Of a DNA stretch of 64,000 bases, positions 52,901 to 64,000 are shown piece by piece (positions within the stretch are counted from its first letter, which is position 1; each line of letters opens with the position of its first letter). This DNA comes from Tubiluchus corallicola (taxonomy: Eukaryota; Animalia; Priapulida). The notes beneath the pieces are model-generated. The model had not been told where the DNA came from and searched no databases. It was given only the letters and a program-made list of their open reading frames with translations. The position numbers and the translations under genes are program-made. The stretch is from NCBI GenBank assembly GCA_030141605.1, contig JAQGDQ010000001.1, forward strand, positions 186,001 to 250,000. The letters run 5' to 3'.

Positions 52901-55136
52901 CTGTACATGGCTGTAATCAAATTAACCCCTGATTTACACTGAGCCGCCGAGTCACTGACGTCCACACACACTATAACATACAGTCTCCGAAACGTTGTAT
53001 TGGCTACTTCAACGACTTAATTTTTCCAATTCATTGCAGTCAAATTTTACCACTATTTTACCGGCAGAGCCAAAAAAAACAAGTGGAATAAAATTAACGA
53101 ATACTACTAATATTATAAGTTGATCACCGTTAGTCAGTTGCACATTGTGCCCTTTTTTGGGTTTCAGTATACGTATACTGACTATACATTAATTTAGCGG
53201 TTTAGCCTACGTGTCTAACCAACAGAGGCTGAACGCAAGTACATGACGAAAAACTATTGACGTAGCTCAGCAAGCCAGCCTCCATTAATTCACTGAAGCA
53301 TTGCGACACTGAAAAGAAAATGGAGCTGCTCTTATAAATGTCCAACAAAGGTCATTCAAGAAATCTCATTTACGAATGTAGTTAAAAAAAATGGCACACT
53401 TAGCAAAATATGTGTTTAGGGTTACAGCAGGGTATAATTATTTTAGATATTTTTACCTCTCTCAAGGAAGTTATGCCTCAACACAGTTTGTTTGTTTGTC
53501 TAATTGTTTTGTTGTTTTTTGTCTGTTATGGCAGCAAGCCTATTACGCAAAAACTAAATAAAAGATGTCCAGAAAACTGTGTGAAAAAAGCAAGCTTAGA
53601 GGTGCCAAAACGGGAATCTTTTCGTCTATTACAGCTGCCAAAATTAATGGTTATAAAGGTAGATAAACACTATGTTGGAACATTGGTGCATTATTGATTA
53701 TAAATCCGTTTAATGAACAAATACTTTATGAGCTTTTTGCTAATCTATACTCTATATAATACCAACACAGGTATGCTTTTGTATGTTTGCTTGTTCATCA
53801 AAAGTGTACGTGTGTCTACAAACAGCGAAACGGAAGTAGTTGCTGTTGATTTAATCGGCAATGCTCCATCAAGACTCGTTTGTTGCTACTGTCCACCACA
53901 AGCTGACATTGTTTATATATTAACACACTCTGTGACACTACAAGCTCTCTGTATAATGTACACTATCCTACCATTGTTTTTGACAATTTTAACTAGCCAC
54001 TTTTTGAGTGGACAAGTTTTACTTATCCTGTCTCAGTCACCTATGAAAAATTTGCTAATTGTATTCTTGAAAATGGATTAACTCAGTGTATACAAAGTTC
54101 TACGCGTAATATATTGAACCTTGTTTTTACAACAGTTGAATAAAATGTAACTCAGCTTCAAATTAAGCTACCTTTTTCTACATCTGACCACAATACTATT
54201 CACTTTAAAACTGAAGCCCCGAATAAAGCCGTTTATGAAGATAGAGGTTATTCTCCCCTAGTCTCAGGTTAAGGGCCATAGTTACAAGTTGTACAAAAAT
54301 TATTGCCATATTGATGTTTTTAAACAGTCTTCTGCAAACAGGGTGATCAATATGTGAAACAGTTTAAAGTCAGAGGTTGTTAATGCAAACAACTTACGTT
54401 CTTTTTCATTTAAACTACTTATGTTTGATTTTAATCCTTTTTGTAAATTTAATAGTAATAACTAATTAATGTGGGCCACCATAAGTGCATTTGTGCCTGG
54501 TGGCTTTCTCCCTTCCTAAAACATTAGCTAATTATATTTATTTGTGAGACTTTACTGTATATGTACAATTGTATTATTTGGATTGAGTAAATCTAATCTA
54601 ATCTATTCTTAAATTTTACGAAAAAAAATCACACGAACGAGTTGGGATTGTTTGACTTTGGCAGACATTCTAGCTTTATTATATAAATCAATTCCATCAA
54701 AATAATTATCTGCCATTTTCCCTACTTTTCCATTTGTGCCGTTTTTTCATGTGCCATTATTACCTGCTTTTCTATTTGTGCCATTTCTCTTGTGTCATTT
54801 TTACGGTGCCATTTTCATCTGTGCCATTTTTACCGCGCACCGAGCTGAACAAATTAGAGGCACAGTAAATTCTCCGAATAAGAGCGACATCTACGTCTAT
54901 TGTTCAAATTAAGATAAATAAAATTTACTTACTGATGAAGTCGGGCTGTCGACTGGACGAGGATCGCCTCCAAACAACAGTATAGCTGATATTTTCGCAC
55001 GATAAAACAAACGCAGAAGTGCATCAACAAAATGAAAGTACGATAGCACCAGCAAAATAAACAAAATCAGCATCAGTGATTCAGGCCTCATTAAGTAATT
55101 CCGAATCAACCGACTGTAACAGTTTACAAATGTCAT
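37912..55136 (-). CDS. PPM1L: Protein phosphatase 1L (PP2C-epsilon); exons 54933-55136, [52747-52809 candidate], 51944-52096, 44882-45095, 39771-39901, 37912-38412
   Basis: N-terminal TM segment RNYLMRPESLMLILFILLVLSYF; RGRRHHMEDRF, YGIFDGHGGE, AGTTAL, ANVGDSRGV, LSFDHKP, AGGFISFNGVWRV, SRALGDFPLK, ILATDGLWDAFSNEEA, RLDEPHFGAKSIVLQ, DNITVMVV. The five core exons total 1203 nt (400 aa plus stop) with consistent phases. Confidence 0.95.
40480..41010 (+). mobile_element. Non-autonomous Helitron-like fragment
   Basis: Internal repeated CGTGACTC(C/T)AGCT..AGTTATTGA units and a 3' end CCACAGCAACGCGCGG..ATCAG resembling a Helitron terminal hairpin with a degenerate CTAG. Confidence 0.4.
43640..43770. 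repeat. TTATTACATAATGGG subrepeat cluster (MITE remnant)
   Basis: About 5 degenerate copies. Confidence 0.5.
46255..46480 (+). mobile_element. Degraded LINE (CR1/Jockey-group) ORF2 fragment
   Basis: Translates to FYLYPVTEEKVIKA*PNLK and KIARIKPNHKKGDK..NYRSI, typical of the pre-RT region. Confidence 0.55.
46557..47360. mobile_element. MITE with GGTGCGCGGTAAAAATG(A/G)CACA end and TGTGCCATTTT subrepeats
   Basis: Left end at 46557; TGTGCCATTTT array at 47264-47345. A second copy's right end lies at 54710-54841 (ends TGTGCCATTTTTACCGCGCACC). Confidence 0.6.
50609..51193. mobile_element. Kolobok-like MITE with TTAA target duplication
   Basis: TTAA|AGGAAGACCGGA ... TACAGTTTTGCT|TTAA (TTAA at 50605-50608 and 51194-51197); internal GTGATGACATCAC near-palindrome. 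Confidence 0.5.
53800..54605 (+). mobile_element. Internally deleted CR1-type LINE remnant
   Basis: Endonuclease remnants (CYCPP, ILNLVFT, STSDHN), then RT C-terminus GHSYKLYK..NRVINM*NSL..EVVNA, ending in a (TCTAA)n tail. Confidence 0.65.
54710..54841. mobile_element. Right end of the TGTGCCATTTT-repeat MITE family
   Basis: About 7 TGCCATTTT-like units; the terminus is the reverse complement of 46557-46579. Confidence 0.6.
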
Positions 55137-55209
55137 TTTTATCGTTTATTATGATCAACAGTACAGCGCTGTCGATGGACACTCCATAATTATTAAATTA
55201 ACAGTCATT

Positions 55210-55546
55210 TCAACCTAATCAAAATTCGCTTTGCGTACAGTGCACCTACAGACGAGAGAATATCCATATATCACACTGATCGTCTCATCGTGCAAAACAT
55301 TGACGATGATGTATAGCAAAGCATGATTGGTCGGTCGTTCTTAAATAACCAATGGACGTCCTTCTTAGTTTGTGCAATATGATTAACCTTTTTCGCAATG
55401 GCAGCATCCTAAAATGAGACAATTCCGCTTTAACATTTACGTTGTATGGAATATCTTGTTTCTCGTTTTTCTAACTGCAATTATATATTACTTATTTTTT
55501 GCTTGGTAATAGTTTAACCGTAATTGCCGCTAAAACCGTTTGTCAG
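55210..55546. promoter_or_regulatory. Putative bidirectional promoter and first exons for PPM1L (-) and ANAPC13/GSKIP (+)
   Basis: Opposed CCAAT boxes (ATTGG 55326-55330, CCAAT 55349-55353) ~200 nt upstream of the PPM1L ATG; plus-strand donor CAG|GTTAGT at 55547. Confidence 0.5.
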
Positions 55547-55619
55547 GTTAGTGTTTAACAAATTTGCTTTATCCATACCATACCGCCAATCTTAAAATAT
55601 AACTAGACTAAGAGTGGTA

Positions 55620-56210
55620 GAGGTTAATCGAGCAAGCTCATTGTAACCCCATATTTCGTATCTAAATATCTATCTAGATTGTTCTTGAACATGTTCACTG
55701 AAGAAGCTTTAGCAATTTCAGATGGAAGTTGATTCCACTCTGTAACCACTCTTTCCGTGAAAAAATATTTTGTACAATCCAATTTAGCTCTGTATTTAAA
55801 ATTTTTTAAAGAATGCCCCCTGGTGCTGTCATCATTTACCAGTGTAAACATTTCTCTCTTTCAGTGCCACCTAACCCATGCATAACTTTATACGTTTGTA
55901 TCAAATCTCCTCTATGTCTCCTCAACTCTAAGGTTGTAAGTGAACATTTTCTAAGCCTCTCTTGATATGACATTTCCTCCATACCTTCAATCATGCTGGT
56001 AACACCCTACGTTGCACACCCTTTAGAAGCTTAATGTCTTTTCTATCATGGGGTTCCATGCTTGTACACAATACTTTAATTTAGGTCTTACCAAGCTTTT
56101 GTACAATTTCATGATTGCCGTGATGTCTCTAGATACAAATTGTCTCTTTGTCATTCCTAATGTTTGATTAGCACTCTTCACCATCTCAACACGCTTGCAG
56201 ATTTCAAGTC
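55620..56210 (-). mobile_element. CR1-type LINE 3' fragment
   Basis: LYKSLVRPKL, KDIKLLKGVQRR, LRRHRGDLIQTYK, TRGHSLK..FFTERVVTEWNQLP..ASSVNMFKNNLDRYL, with frameshifts. Confidence 0.85.
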
Positions 56211-56221
56211 ATTAGTTACTG

Positions 56222-56479
56222 TAATCTGTAATCAGCAGAGATCCTTCCTTCATTTTGCCTTTATAATATGAAAGTTTGGTCCATCCTTTGTCGGAATATG
56301 CTGCTGTTGTTTATTCATAATATATAATATGTGGCATTAATTTTGTATTTGCTTATTCCATTACTGTACTCTTTAATCTGTAATCAGCAGGATCCTTCCT
56401 TCATTAACTTTATAATATGAAAGTTTGGTCCATCCTTTGTTGGAATATGCTGCTGTTGTTTATTCATAATATATAATAT
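56222..56479. repeat. ~107-bp near-perfect direct duplication (56222-56329 and 56374-56479)
   Basis: TAATCTGTAATCAGCAG...ATTCATAATATATAATAT is repeated. Confidence 0.9.
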
Positions 56480-56634
56480 ATGTTAAGTTTTATGAAAAAT
56501 ACATGCATGTGCAAATGCGTGCTGATGAGTCGGTTCGCTTATGAGTCGCTGATTTAAAGAGAAATTAGTTTTTTGTAGTGGATCCCCGTATAGTTGCAGA
56601 TCCAGTTATTATATGTTGTCTGTGGATTTTGCAG

Positions 56635-56664
56635 AGCCAGGAAGCCACTCTTTGCAGACTCAAA
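56635..56664 (+). other. Putative non-coding 5'-UTR exon of the ANAPC13/GSKIP unit
   Basis: TTTTGCAG| acceptor and AAA|GTAAGT donor; the next acceptor TTCTTTATAATAG| (56782) is 12 nt before the ANAPC13 ATG. Confidence 0.6.
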
Positions 56665-56794
56665 GTAAGTGGATCTGTGAATTTCTGCCCAGAGTTCAGT
56701 TCATACAAATAAGGGCTTTACAGTTAACACTTAGATCAATAATGCAATGAGTTTTAACTTTTATTGATGTTCTTTATAATAGTGAAACGTCTAT

Positions 56795-57022
56795 ATGGAT
56801 AGCGAGTATACAAATGATGGGCGGTTAATGGATATAGTGGATGAACATTGGCAGACTGAAAAACTTCCGGATGACCTTATTGCTGTTCCAATCATGGAAT
56901 TACCAGAATTGGAATCAGACAATGGCCAAAGTAACGAAACTTTGAAAGAACAAGAGCAAAAGTGGAATGATCTTGCTCTAGGAAATTTACATGAACAACC
57001 GCCTACTTCATCAAGTACCTAA
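56795..57022 (+). CDS. ANAPC13: Anaphase-promoting complex subunit 13
   Basis: MDSE...DGRLMDIVDEHW..EKLP...AVP..ELPE.E.DNG...ETLKEQEQKWNDLAL..LHE matches metazoan APC13 over the full 75 aa. Confidence 0.95.
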   Translation: MDSEYTNDGRLMDIVDEHWQTEKLPDDLIAVPIMELPELESDNGQSNETLKEQEQKWNDLALGNLHEQPPTSSST

Positions 57023-57076
57023 AACTTTGATTATTTTAGCCACTCAACCGTAATTTTTTGCCAAAATATTTTCATA

Positions 57077-57490
57077 ATGGACTTACAGAATGAAAAAGAT
57101 GATGAACGCTTTTTGAGTGTAGAAGCAAATGCTGCTGTGCGGGAGCTAGCATTTGCTGTCGTTTCCTTATCTATTTCACAAACTTTTACTAATAGTGAAA
57201 CAGAATACAGAATTAACTTGGAAACACTAGAGAACCAGCGTTATTGTATTGAACTTACACAAAGAGGCTTCCGAATCATCGGACGTGACTTTGATGTGGA
57301 TAATCCTCAAGACTGGGATAGATACTATGAAACTATTTATGCCTTGCTCGATGCAATTAGTCCAGCATACAGAACAATGTTTGGTGGTGCTCTTGCAGCA
57401 AAGCTTTTAGAAGTTGCAAAACAAGGCGATCAAGTGGATAATCAAGAAAATATGATTTGTGATGAAAATTTTAATGAGGAAGAGCGATAA
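57077..57490 (+). CDS. GSKIP: GSK3-beta interaction protein (GSKIP/DUF727)
   Basis: EANAAVRELAFAV, INLETLENQRYCIELTQRGFRIIG, YETIYALLDAISPAYRTMFGGALAAKL match GSKIP. Confidence 0.93.
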   Translation: MDLQNEKDDERFLSVEANAAVRELAFAVVSLSISQTFTNSETEYRINLETLENQRYCIELTQRGFRIIGRDFDVDNPQDWDRYYETIYALLDAISPAYRTMFGGALAAKLLEVAKQGDQVDNQENMICDENFNEEER

Positions 57491-60199
57491 TCAAAGCTAA
57501 AACAGTAATTGCTTAGTATTATTGTCAAATTAGGAATCCATAGCATTTTTATTTGTTTGCATATTGCTTTCTGTAATGTTAAGGTGTAAAAATTATAATT
57601 ATTACTGTGGGATATATAAGATTTTCTGTATAATGTGCAAAGAGTCAGACTACACAGTTGTTGATGCAGTGCTGTTGTAATCGAGATTAAAACTTGGAGT
57701 TAAGCCTAACTCGAATTGCAAATTTGCTTTGACTCGGACTCTGCCTAGCGACAAATGTTGGAAGACTGAAGAAAGTCCCTGAACAATTTACAACTTGAAT
57801 CAGACCCAAAGTGATGAACTGGCAGATCGAACTTGCGACTTGGCTGCACACTCAATGCCCAGCATTAAATTTTACTTTGTAAGACATAATGATAATGATA
57901 AATGGCATCATTGTTTGTTTGCAAATTGCTGTAGTAGTGTAGAAAAGTAATACTATTTGTTTGCAATTGCAAAAGGCCTTTTATCGCGAAAAATACTATT
58001 AATTATTTATGTTGTCTGTTATGTTTATGACCGTGCGAGTTCCATGTTTTCTTGAGGCCTTTTCCAAGCTCAACCATGTATTTTTTACATGTCTGTATAT
58101 CAGTTTGTTTGGGTTTTTAATTTTATTTTATGTAGCATCTACCTGGATAGTTTTTATCGTTATTTTAGCCTGATATTATATTGTATCTAATACAAAATTT
58201 ATGTTGCCAATTTCGCTTGCTATTGTAATTTTTTTAATTTAAATTCAATAGTTAATGACTATTATTTCTTGTGATTTATTAATTATACGTAGTGCATACT
58301 GTAAAAACAAATAATACAACTGATGATTATTGGTGTGAAGCTCTGAGCAGTCATGTGACAGTAATTAGACTCCCTAGTGCCTGAAATATTGCATACCAGA
58401 TTATCAGTTATCAAATTTTAAATTTTACTGCTTGCATTGTAACTCTTAATAAACAACATCTCAGATTATTGCAGTCTTGTGAAAGAAAATTCAACCATTG
58501 TGCTGATACCTAAAATTTAATTGTTATGTAATGACCAGTGCAATAGTAGCTGATAATAAAGATGAAATTAAACAACAAAAACACTAAATGTTTGTGCATC
58601 TTGTAGAAAACTTATACGGTTTTGTATGCTGTAGTTATTTTCTTCCTGAGAAATCTAAGGAAGAACTAAATCAGAACAAACTTGCTACTTAATTGCAAAT
58701 ACTTCTTTGCCTGGAATATTTTGCATTTTGCTCATACTTGCTACGTAGAAAATATTTGATGAACTCACAGGTTTAATTTGAGACTTAGCTGCACATTCGG
58801 TACCCAGCATTTACAAGGAATAATTAATTTGCCCACAAATAACCTGTGCCCTTTTGTAACATTCTCCTTGTCTCTTCTGAGGTCATCAGCTTGTCAACAA
58901 AATAAACCTGCCACCGGCTGCATTGTTCCACTTAAGTTTTGCGTTTCTGTATTTTTTCGTTTTGCAGAATAGGCCTGTAGTTTCATTGCATGGCCCTGAC
59001 CTCTGAAATCTGCTTTAAAAAGACTTGATTGATCTTATCATTGATGTACTGTATTCAGTCAGTGTAGTCTAATCTGTCCAGTGTTTACAGCTCCTAGTAA
59101 GTTACTTCATTCATGTTGAATTTTGTAACCTTTGCAAATTTTTCAGTGTTGGCAAAGTTTTTTGAATGGTGGCTGTGTGTGCGCATGTATGAGGGTGTGT
59201 GTGTGAACGAGGATACCTTTACCCAAAAACTAAATTAAACATAAAATTACTGATACTATTTATGAATTCTCAGGATTATATCATTTTAATTTGCACGGGG
59301 AGATCAGTGACCGTTAACAAACATGAAAGCCTAGGGATTTGTTTACATAGTTAATACCATCTTACTGGGAGTATAGTTCTAAAAGTGTGGTACTGTAGCG
59401 ACAATACTGAATGACTGGTCTACTGTTTGTGCTTTTAGCTTGCATATTTATTGGTTTAACAAATTCACAACAGTTGAAATAAAACTGTATATCACTGAGA
59501 AGTATTTGTTTGCAGTTGCTACTTGTGAGGTAATGAATAAGCTTTTTGTAATGCAGACGATAAAAGATCAAATGAACAAAAAAAAAACAATTGCGAGCTC
59601 CCCGTTTATTTCATTTCATATTGTAATTCTTTTTACAGACTGTTTTTTGAAATACATTTAGTCATTAAAATTGTAAATGTGTATTCATCATAATTTTTTT
59701 TTAAATTGAATTTTTTGGAATCTTTCACTTATCTATATCTATTTAGTCCAACCGTGTGATAACAAAAGCAACATTCGCCTTGTCAACAAGTGACTTAGAA
59801 AATCTGTGATTGTCGCACATGTCGACCCCATGAAACCCTAGCTTAACCAATTAGCATTTGCAAATATTGTATGATAATAACTAAAACTGCAATAGTAGAA
59901 AAATTCTGGAACAAGATAGAAATTGTAACATTTACAAAGCACTCATTCATTTTATTTTAATTAATGAACATCTCGTAACTTTCAAACTTTTATTGACACT
60001 TTCCCGACAAATGTTTAACATAATTTTGAATGGTTGATGCTACACATTCGCTGCATGTCCTAGGTGCTATATGCCAACTACAGATATTGTCACTACATAC
60101 TTTAAACAACTTCCTTTAATTTAGCAGCAGATCCCCCATCAAAATTAAAATAAACAGACCAGTCCAATTTAGCAAACTTAACTTGAGGGTAGTGTGGAA

Positions 60200-63100
60200 T
60201 TAAGTTGTATCATCAGCATCGGGCTGCTTGTCTGCATCATGCTCAACAAACTTGATTAGTTCAGCATTCTTCATAACGCTGTCGCCTTCCTTGAACAGAA
60301 CCCGATCAACTACGCAAGCTTTGTGAGCACGGATGACGTACTACAACAATAAAATGAAATGTATTGATCTAATAAACAATTACAATAAGTTCCTATTAAT
60401 GTGTAAAAAGTGTATTAATTAAACATTAATATTTATGTTCCAAAGCTATGTGTTGACCCAAGTAGTTCAACAATGTGTCACTTAAACAGTCTGGAAAGTA
60501 TAAGAAAAAACTGCACAATAAAAATAAAGCACTTTGCCTTAAGAACATGTAAAAAGCAGTGCAAGTCCTGAAAGTTACCTCCATTTTCATTGCAATCATT
60601 ACTAAAAGTGGATCTCCAACAGCTACTGAATCACCTGGTTTTACAACAATTTTTTCAATTACACCTGGCATAGGAGCCACAGCACCACCCAGTGTAGTTC
60701 CACCTCCACTTTCTTTTACAAATTTTGGTGCTGGTAGAATGAATTCATAACTGCCACACTGGAAGAAAAAGAAAAGGATTGCTGGTTGATACATTTTCGC
60801 TTAACCAAGATCCTTTGCCCTCAGGTTTTCTGTCACTACTACTGCTGTTTTTTCCTCTTTATGAAGCAAGATAGACAGACACAAGGCAGCCCAGTATAGA
60901 CTGAATATGAAAGACCATTGACTATATGAAATAGTTTTTAAGTTAGATTTAGCAGGTACTGGGAAGCTAAAATTGATCTTGTCTACATTATCTACACTAA
61001 AACAATATATGCTATAGGCAACAAAGCCATTAGTTATATGCTATTAATTAGTAAGAAGACAGGATACATAAATATATACAATGGTGCTATGAGAAAACCT
61101 TATACAAAATTCACTTCAACAAGATTAGTAAGAATAATGGACTCGAGTGCTGTCAGACTTGCAAATGCACAGTAACATTTTACTTGCACAGTAAAACTAG
61201 ATTGAAATTCCTTCAAATTGGAGCATCACTACACAAAAATATGACTCTACTTGGATAGTTTTGCCTTTTTAAACTTCTGCAGTTATTAGAACTTTTAACT
61301 ATAATTTAGCAAGACCAAAGCAGAACAGGACATAACAGAAAAAACCTTTGTGAAAATGTGCAGGGTTTCGTCTTGTAAGACAACAGTGTTTTTGGTCGTT
61401 ATGCCATTCACGCTACACGTTATTTCACCAGCATCGCCCTGCTGCTGAAATTGACCTGTAACGTTGTACTCTTTCCCATCAAAACTGACAGTAAAGTTCT
61501 TTAGTCCCATATATGCCACTTTCAGTTCTATTTCTGCAAAAAATGTAATACATTGTACATTACTTAGACTGGAAAGTCCACAAAAGTACTGAAGGAATTT
61601 TAACAATGGGCAAAAATGGGATAATAATGCTAAATGTGTTAAAAATTGAAGATGGTGAAAATTAGCAATCTCACAAAGCCAAGATTCTGTGTGTTCTACT
61701 ATTGCTGGATGAGCAAAAATTACAGCATCTGGACATATGTAGTGATGACAGTTGGTATTTATTGTAATACTGTATTGCAAAATATGCGAGCAAGCCTTTT
61801 AATTTCATCTTACCATAACCAGTAGCCTAGAACATAAGAGAGATTGATCCCAGGAAACGTGAATGTGGCTTTCATAGCTCGCTTTGAATTTTCTCCAGTA
61901 AGTTAAAAATTTGCAAGATATCAGAACACAGTCAAATCTCTTTATATTAACCACCCACACTGTGACTGGAAAAAAGTCGGCATTATAACGAGGTGCTTTA
62001 AATTTTGCCATAGATAAACCATGAAACAGTGAGACTAGTGTACACAGGTTAAGGACCTCAATTTTCAATCTAAAAGTTAATAAATTTAAAAAAATTAATC
62101 ATTTGTTAACAATGACTCATTTAAAAATCCATAATCTTTATTAAGAACTTTTTGTTTACATAATAAATGTGTTTTTACTCAACTAAATAATAAACTGTAG
62201 GCCTATTTCTCCACTAAACATGTAAAAAAGGTTAAGTCATAACTACAAATTTCTTGCTGAGATTTGTTTGAGTGATTCTTAGAAAACAAGCAAATATCAC
62301 GCTATTTGTTTGTGAAAAAAGATAGATGTTATCTTGTCAGTTGCCACTATGCCTGCATGGCACATTGACGATAATATCAGTCTATTCCGATTGTATGATC
62401 TACAGCTTGCAAACAACAAGTAACATATGGCCAGTGTCAGAGGAGCACATAGCAACCTAGTACAGCTGGTATTATAGTGAGATGCCATTGGTGCTAACTG
62501 AGACTGCTGGTGGTATTTTCCCATGGAACACATATGCTAATTTGCCTGGTTGATAACTGGAGGCGATATAATGGATTATTTTATATCCATTTGAAATCAG
62601 CCATTTCGTTCCTGACCATTTCGAAGTGGATAAACTAGTTTGGGGAGCATCAATGGGGCGGGGGGTGTAACGAGTGACCATACCCATAATTAAAAAAATT
62701 CTCCTTGTCATCTCTCAAATGAGAAAAACTGTTGACATGAGCCTACCGCACGATCTCAGTTTGTTAATCGAATGTATTCAGTGTTTGTGAGTGACTATGC
62801 TTTTAATTAGCCTCAGAAGCCTGCAAGCAGTTAAAACATCCACATTTTTATGTTCCACACTCAAGTGCAGCATGGGAAATAAACTTTGCATGATGCTAGA
62901 TGTTGGGTGCTTGGACGTGTGACGCATGATGCCAGATGTTGGGATCAATGAGATCATGTGTGTTGCAAGTCTTAATAAACAGTAATGTGTAACTATTGTA
63001 CTAGTTACTAAATACGTTCAATAAAGAATAAATGCACAGCAAACTTACTGCTTCTTTCAGCATCTAACTGAATAGTTCTGGTCAGCTTGTGATTCAGTCT

Positions 63101-63366
63101 AGATCCACATCCATAAGAAAATGGTGAAAATGGATCTACAACATCATATAATTGATTGTATATACAGTCATGTTCACAAAACTGATATAATAATGATCAA
63201 GCTATTGCCATTTTGTTTTCTCACCTAGGCTTAATAAACTAGTCTTTCTTGACTGTTCTTGTTGGAGAAGTACTAGAGCTAATGCAGCTTGACACACAGT
63301 ATAATCTGGTAGGTCTCGTTTTGGAAAAAGTTTTTCTTGGTGCTCTGGGATGAAGTCCGTATGAAC
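60200..63366 (-). CDS. MCCC1: Methylcrotonoyl-CoA carboxylase alpha (biotin) subunit, 3' part; exons 63225-63366, 63049-63135, 61346-61533, 60579-60758, 60200-60340
   Basis: VHTDFIPEH..CQAALALVL, DPFSPFS..SRLN, CSVNG, APMPGVIEKIVVKPGD.V..GDPLLVMIAMKME (biotinylation AMKM, with the MCCC1-type VMIAMKME). Phases are consistent; minus-strand AATAAA at ~59952-59957. The gene continues beyond the window. Confidence 0.93.
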
Positions 63367-64000
63367 CTATAACATGAACTTGCCATTAACAGAAAAACTC
63401 AAATGCTAGTTTTTATACTATAGTGGGAGGTATATATTTCAGGTAATTAGTAAAAATTCAACTTCTTTATATCATCCACAAGTTAACAGAGTAGTTCGCA
63501 TGGTAGATCAAACATCACTATTTGCAACTTATTAATAATGGAATTATGATCTTAGATGAATTATTAATTCCATTTACAATAATGATGATTATTAATTTTT
63601 GTGTTATTATTATTATTAGTGCACAAATTATTCATATTACATTGACAGTTTTTAAAAAAAATCATTCATGAAAACAATTTGATTGCTATAAAAAAAGCTG
63701 CTTTTAACTAGAGTTAACGTCTGTTCTAGTTTTCACTTAATTGATGTCTCATCGATGTTATTATCACGCATGATATCGAAAATAATGTAAAAAAAACATT
63801 ATAATGATCTAATTATAATATAGAAGTACAATGCTGTTTTACTTACTTTTCCAAGTTGAAAATCTTTATTTGAAGCGAGGTTAGTCAAAAATTTCACATT
63901 TGTTTTTACACCAACAATCTGTTAAAGATAAAATAGAATCTATTAGTTGAATAATTTTAAAAAATAAAATGTCAACACTGTAAACAGCATACTATGCTTA

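Noticed and set aside
52950-53000. AGTCTCCGAAACGTTG, a Penelope-type hammerhead remnant
   Set aside because: The CUGANGA half of the catalytic core is missing.
56520-56570. CTGATGAG...GAAA as a hammerhead ribozyme or C/D snoRNA
   Set aside because: No convincing stem II or flanking helices; the C-to-D box distance is too short.

Overview
AT-rich, repeat-rich animal (invertebrate-like) nuclear genomic DNA with GT-AG spliceosomal introns; the species cannot be determined. Genes, left to right: (1) a CYP4V/CYP4C-like cytochrome P450 (+; 10 exons visible, 177-10309; first exon upstream of the window), whose intron after the I-helix Glu holds a decayed Ty3/Gypsy retrotransposon with one LTR; (2) an alpha-2-macroglobulin-type thioester protein (-) whose whole A2M body is one 4.5-kb exon (24592-29130) and which appears to splice in frame, via a 144-nt exon, to a heavily glycosylated acidic Ser/Thr stalk ending in an SFRP-type netrin (NTR/C345C) domain (predicted 2108 aa); (3) a TEX11/ZIP4 with an intronless CDS (+); (4) PPM1L/PP2C-epsilon (-, 5-6 exons); (5) ANAPC13 and GSKIP ORFs (+), only 54 nt apart and in frame behind shared 5'-UTR exons, divergent from PPM1L; (6) the 3' part of MCCC1 (-). 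The rest is MITEs (IS3EU-, hAT-, Kolobok-, Harbinger- and MULE-like), CR1-type LINE fragments, a tRNA-derived SINE, a Helitron-like end and microsatellites. The two most interesting items are the chimeric A2M-mucin-NTR protein and the apparent ANAPC13-GSKIP two-ORF transcription unit. All family assignments come from motif recognition by eye, not database searches.
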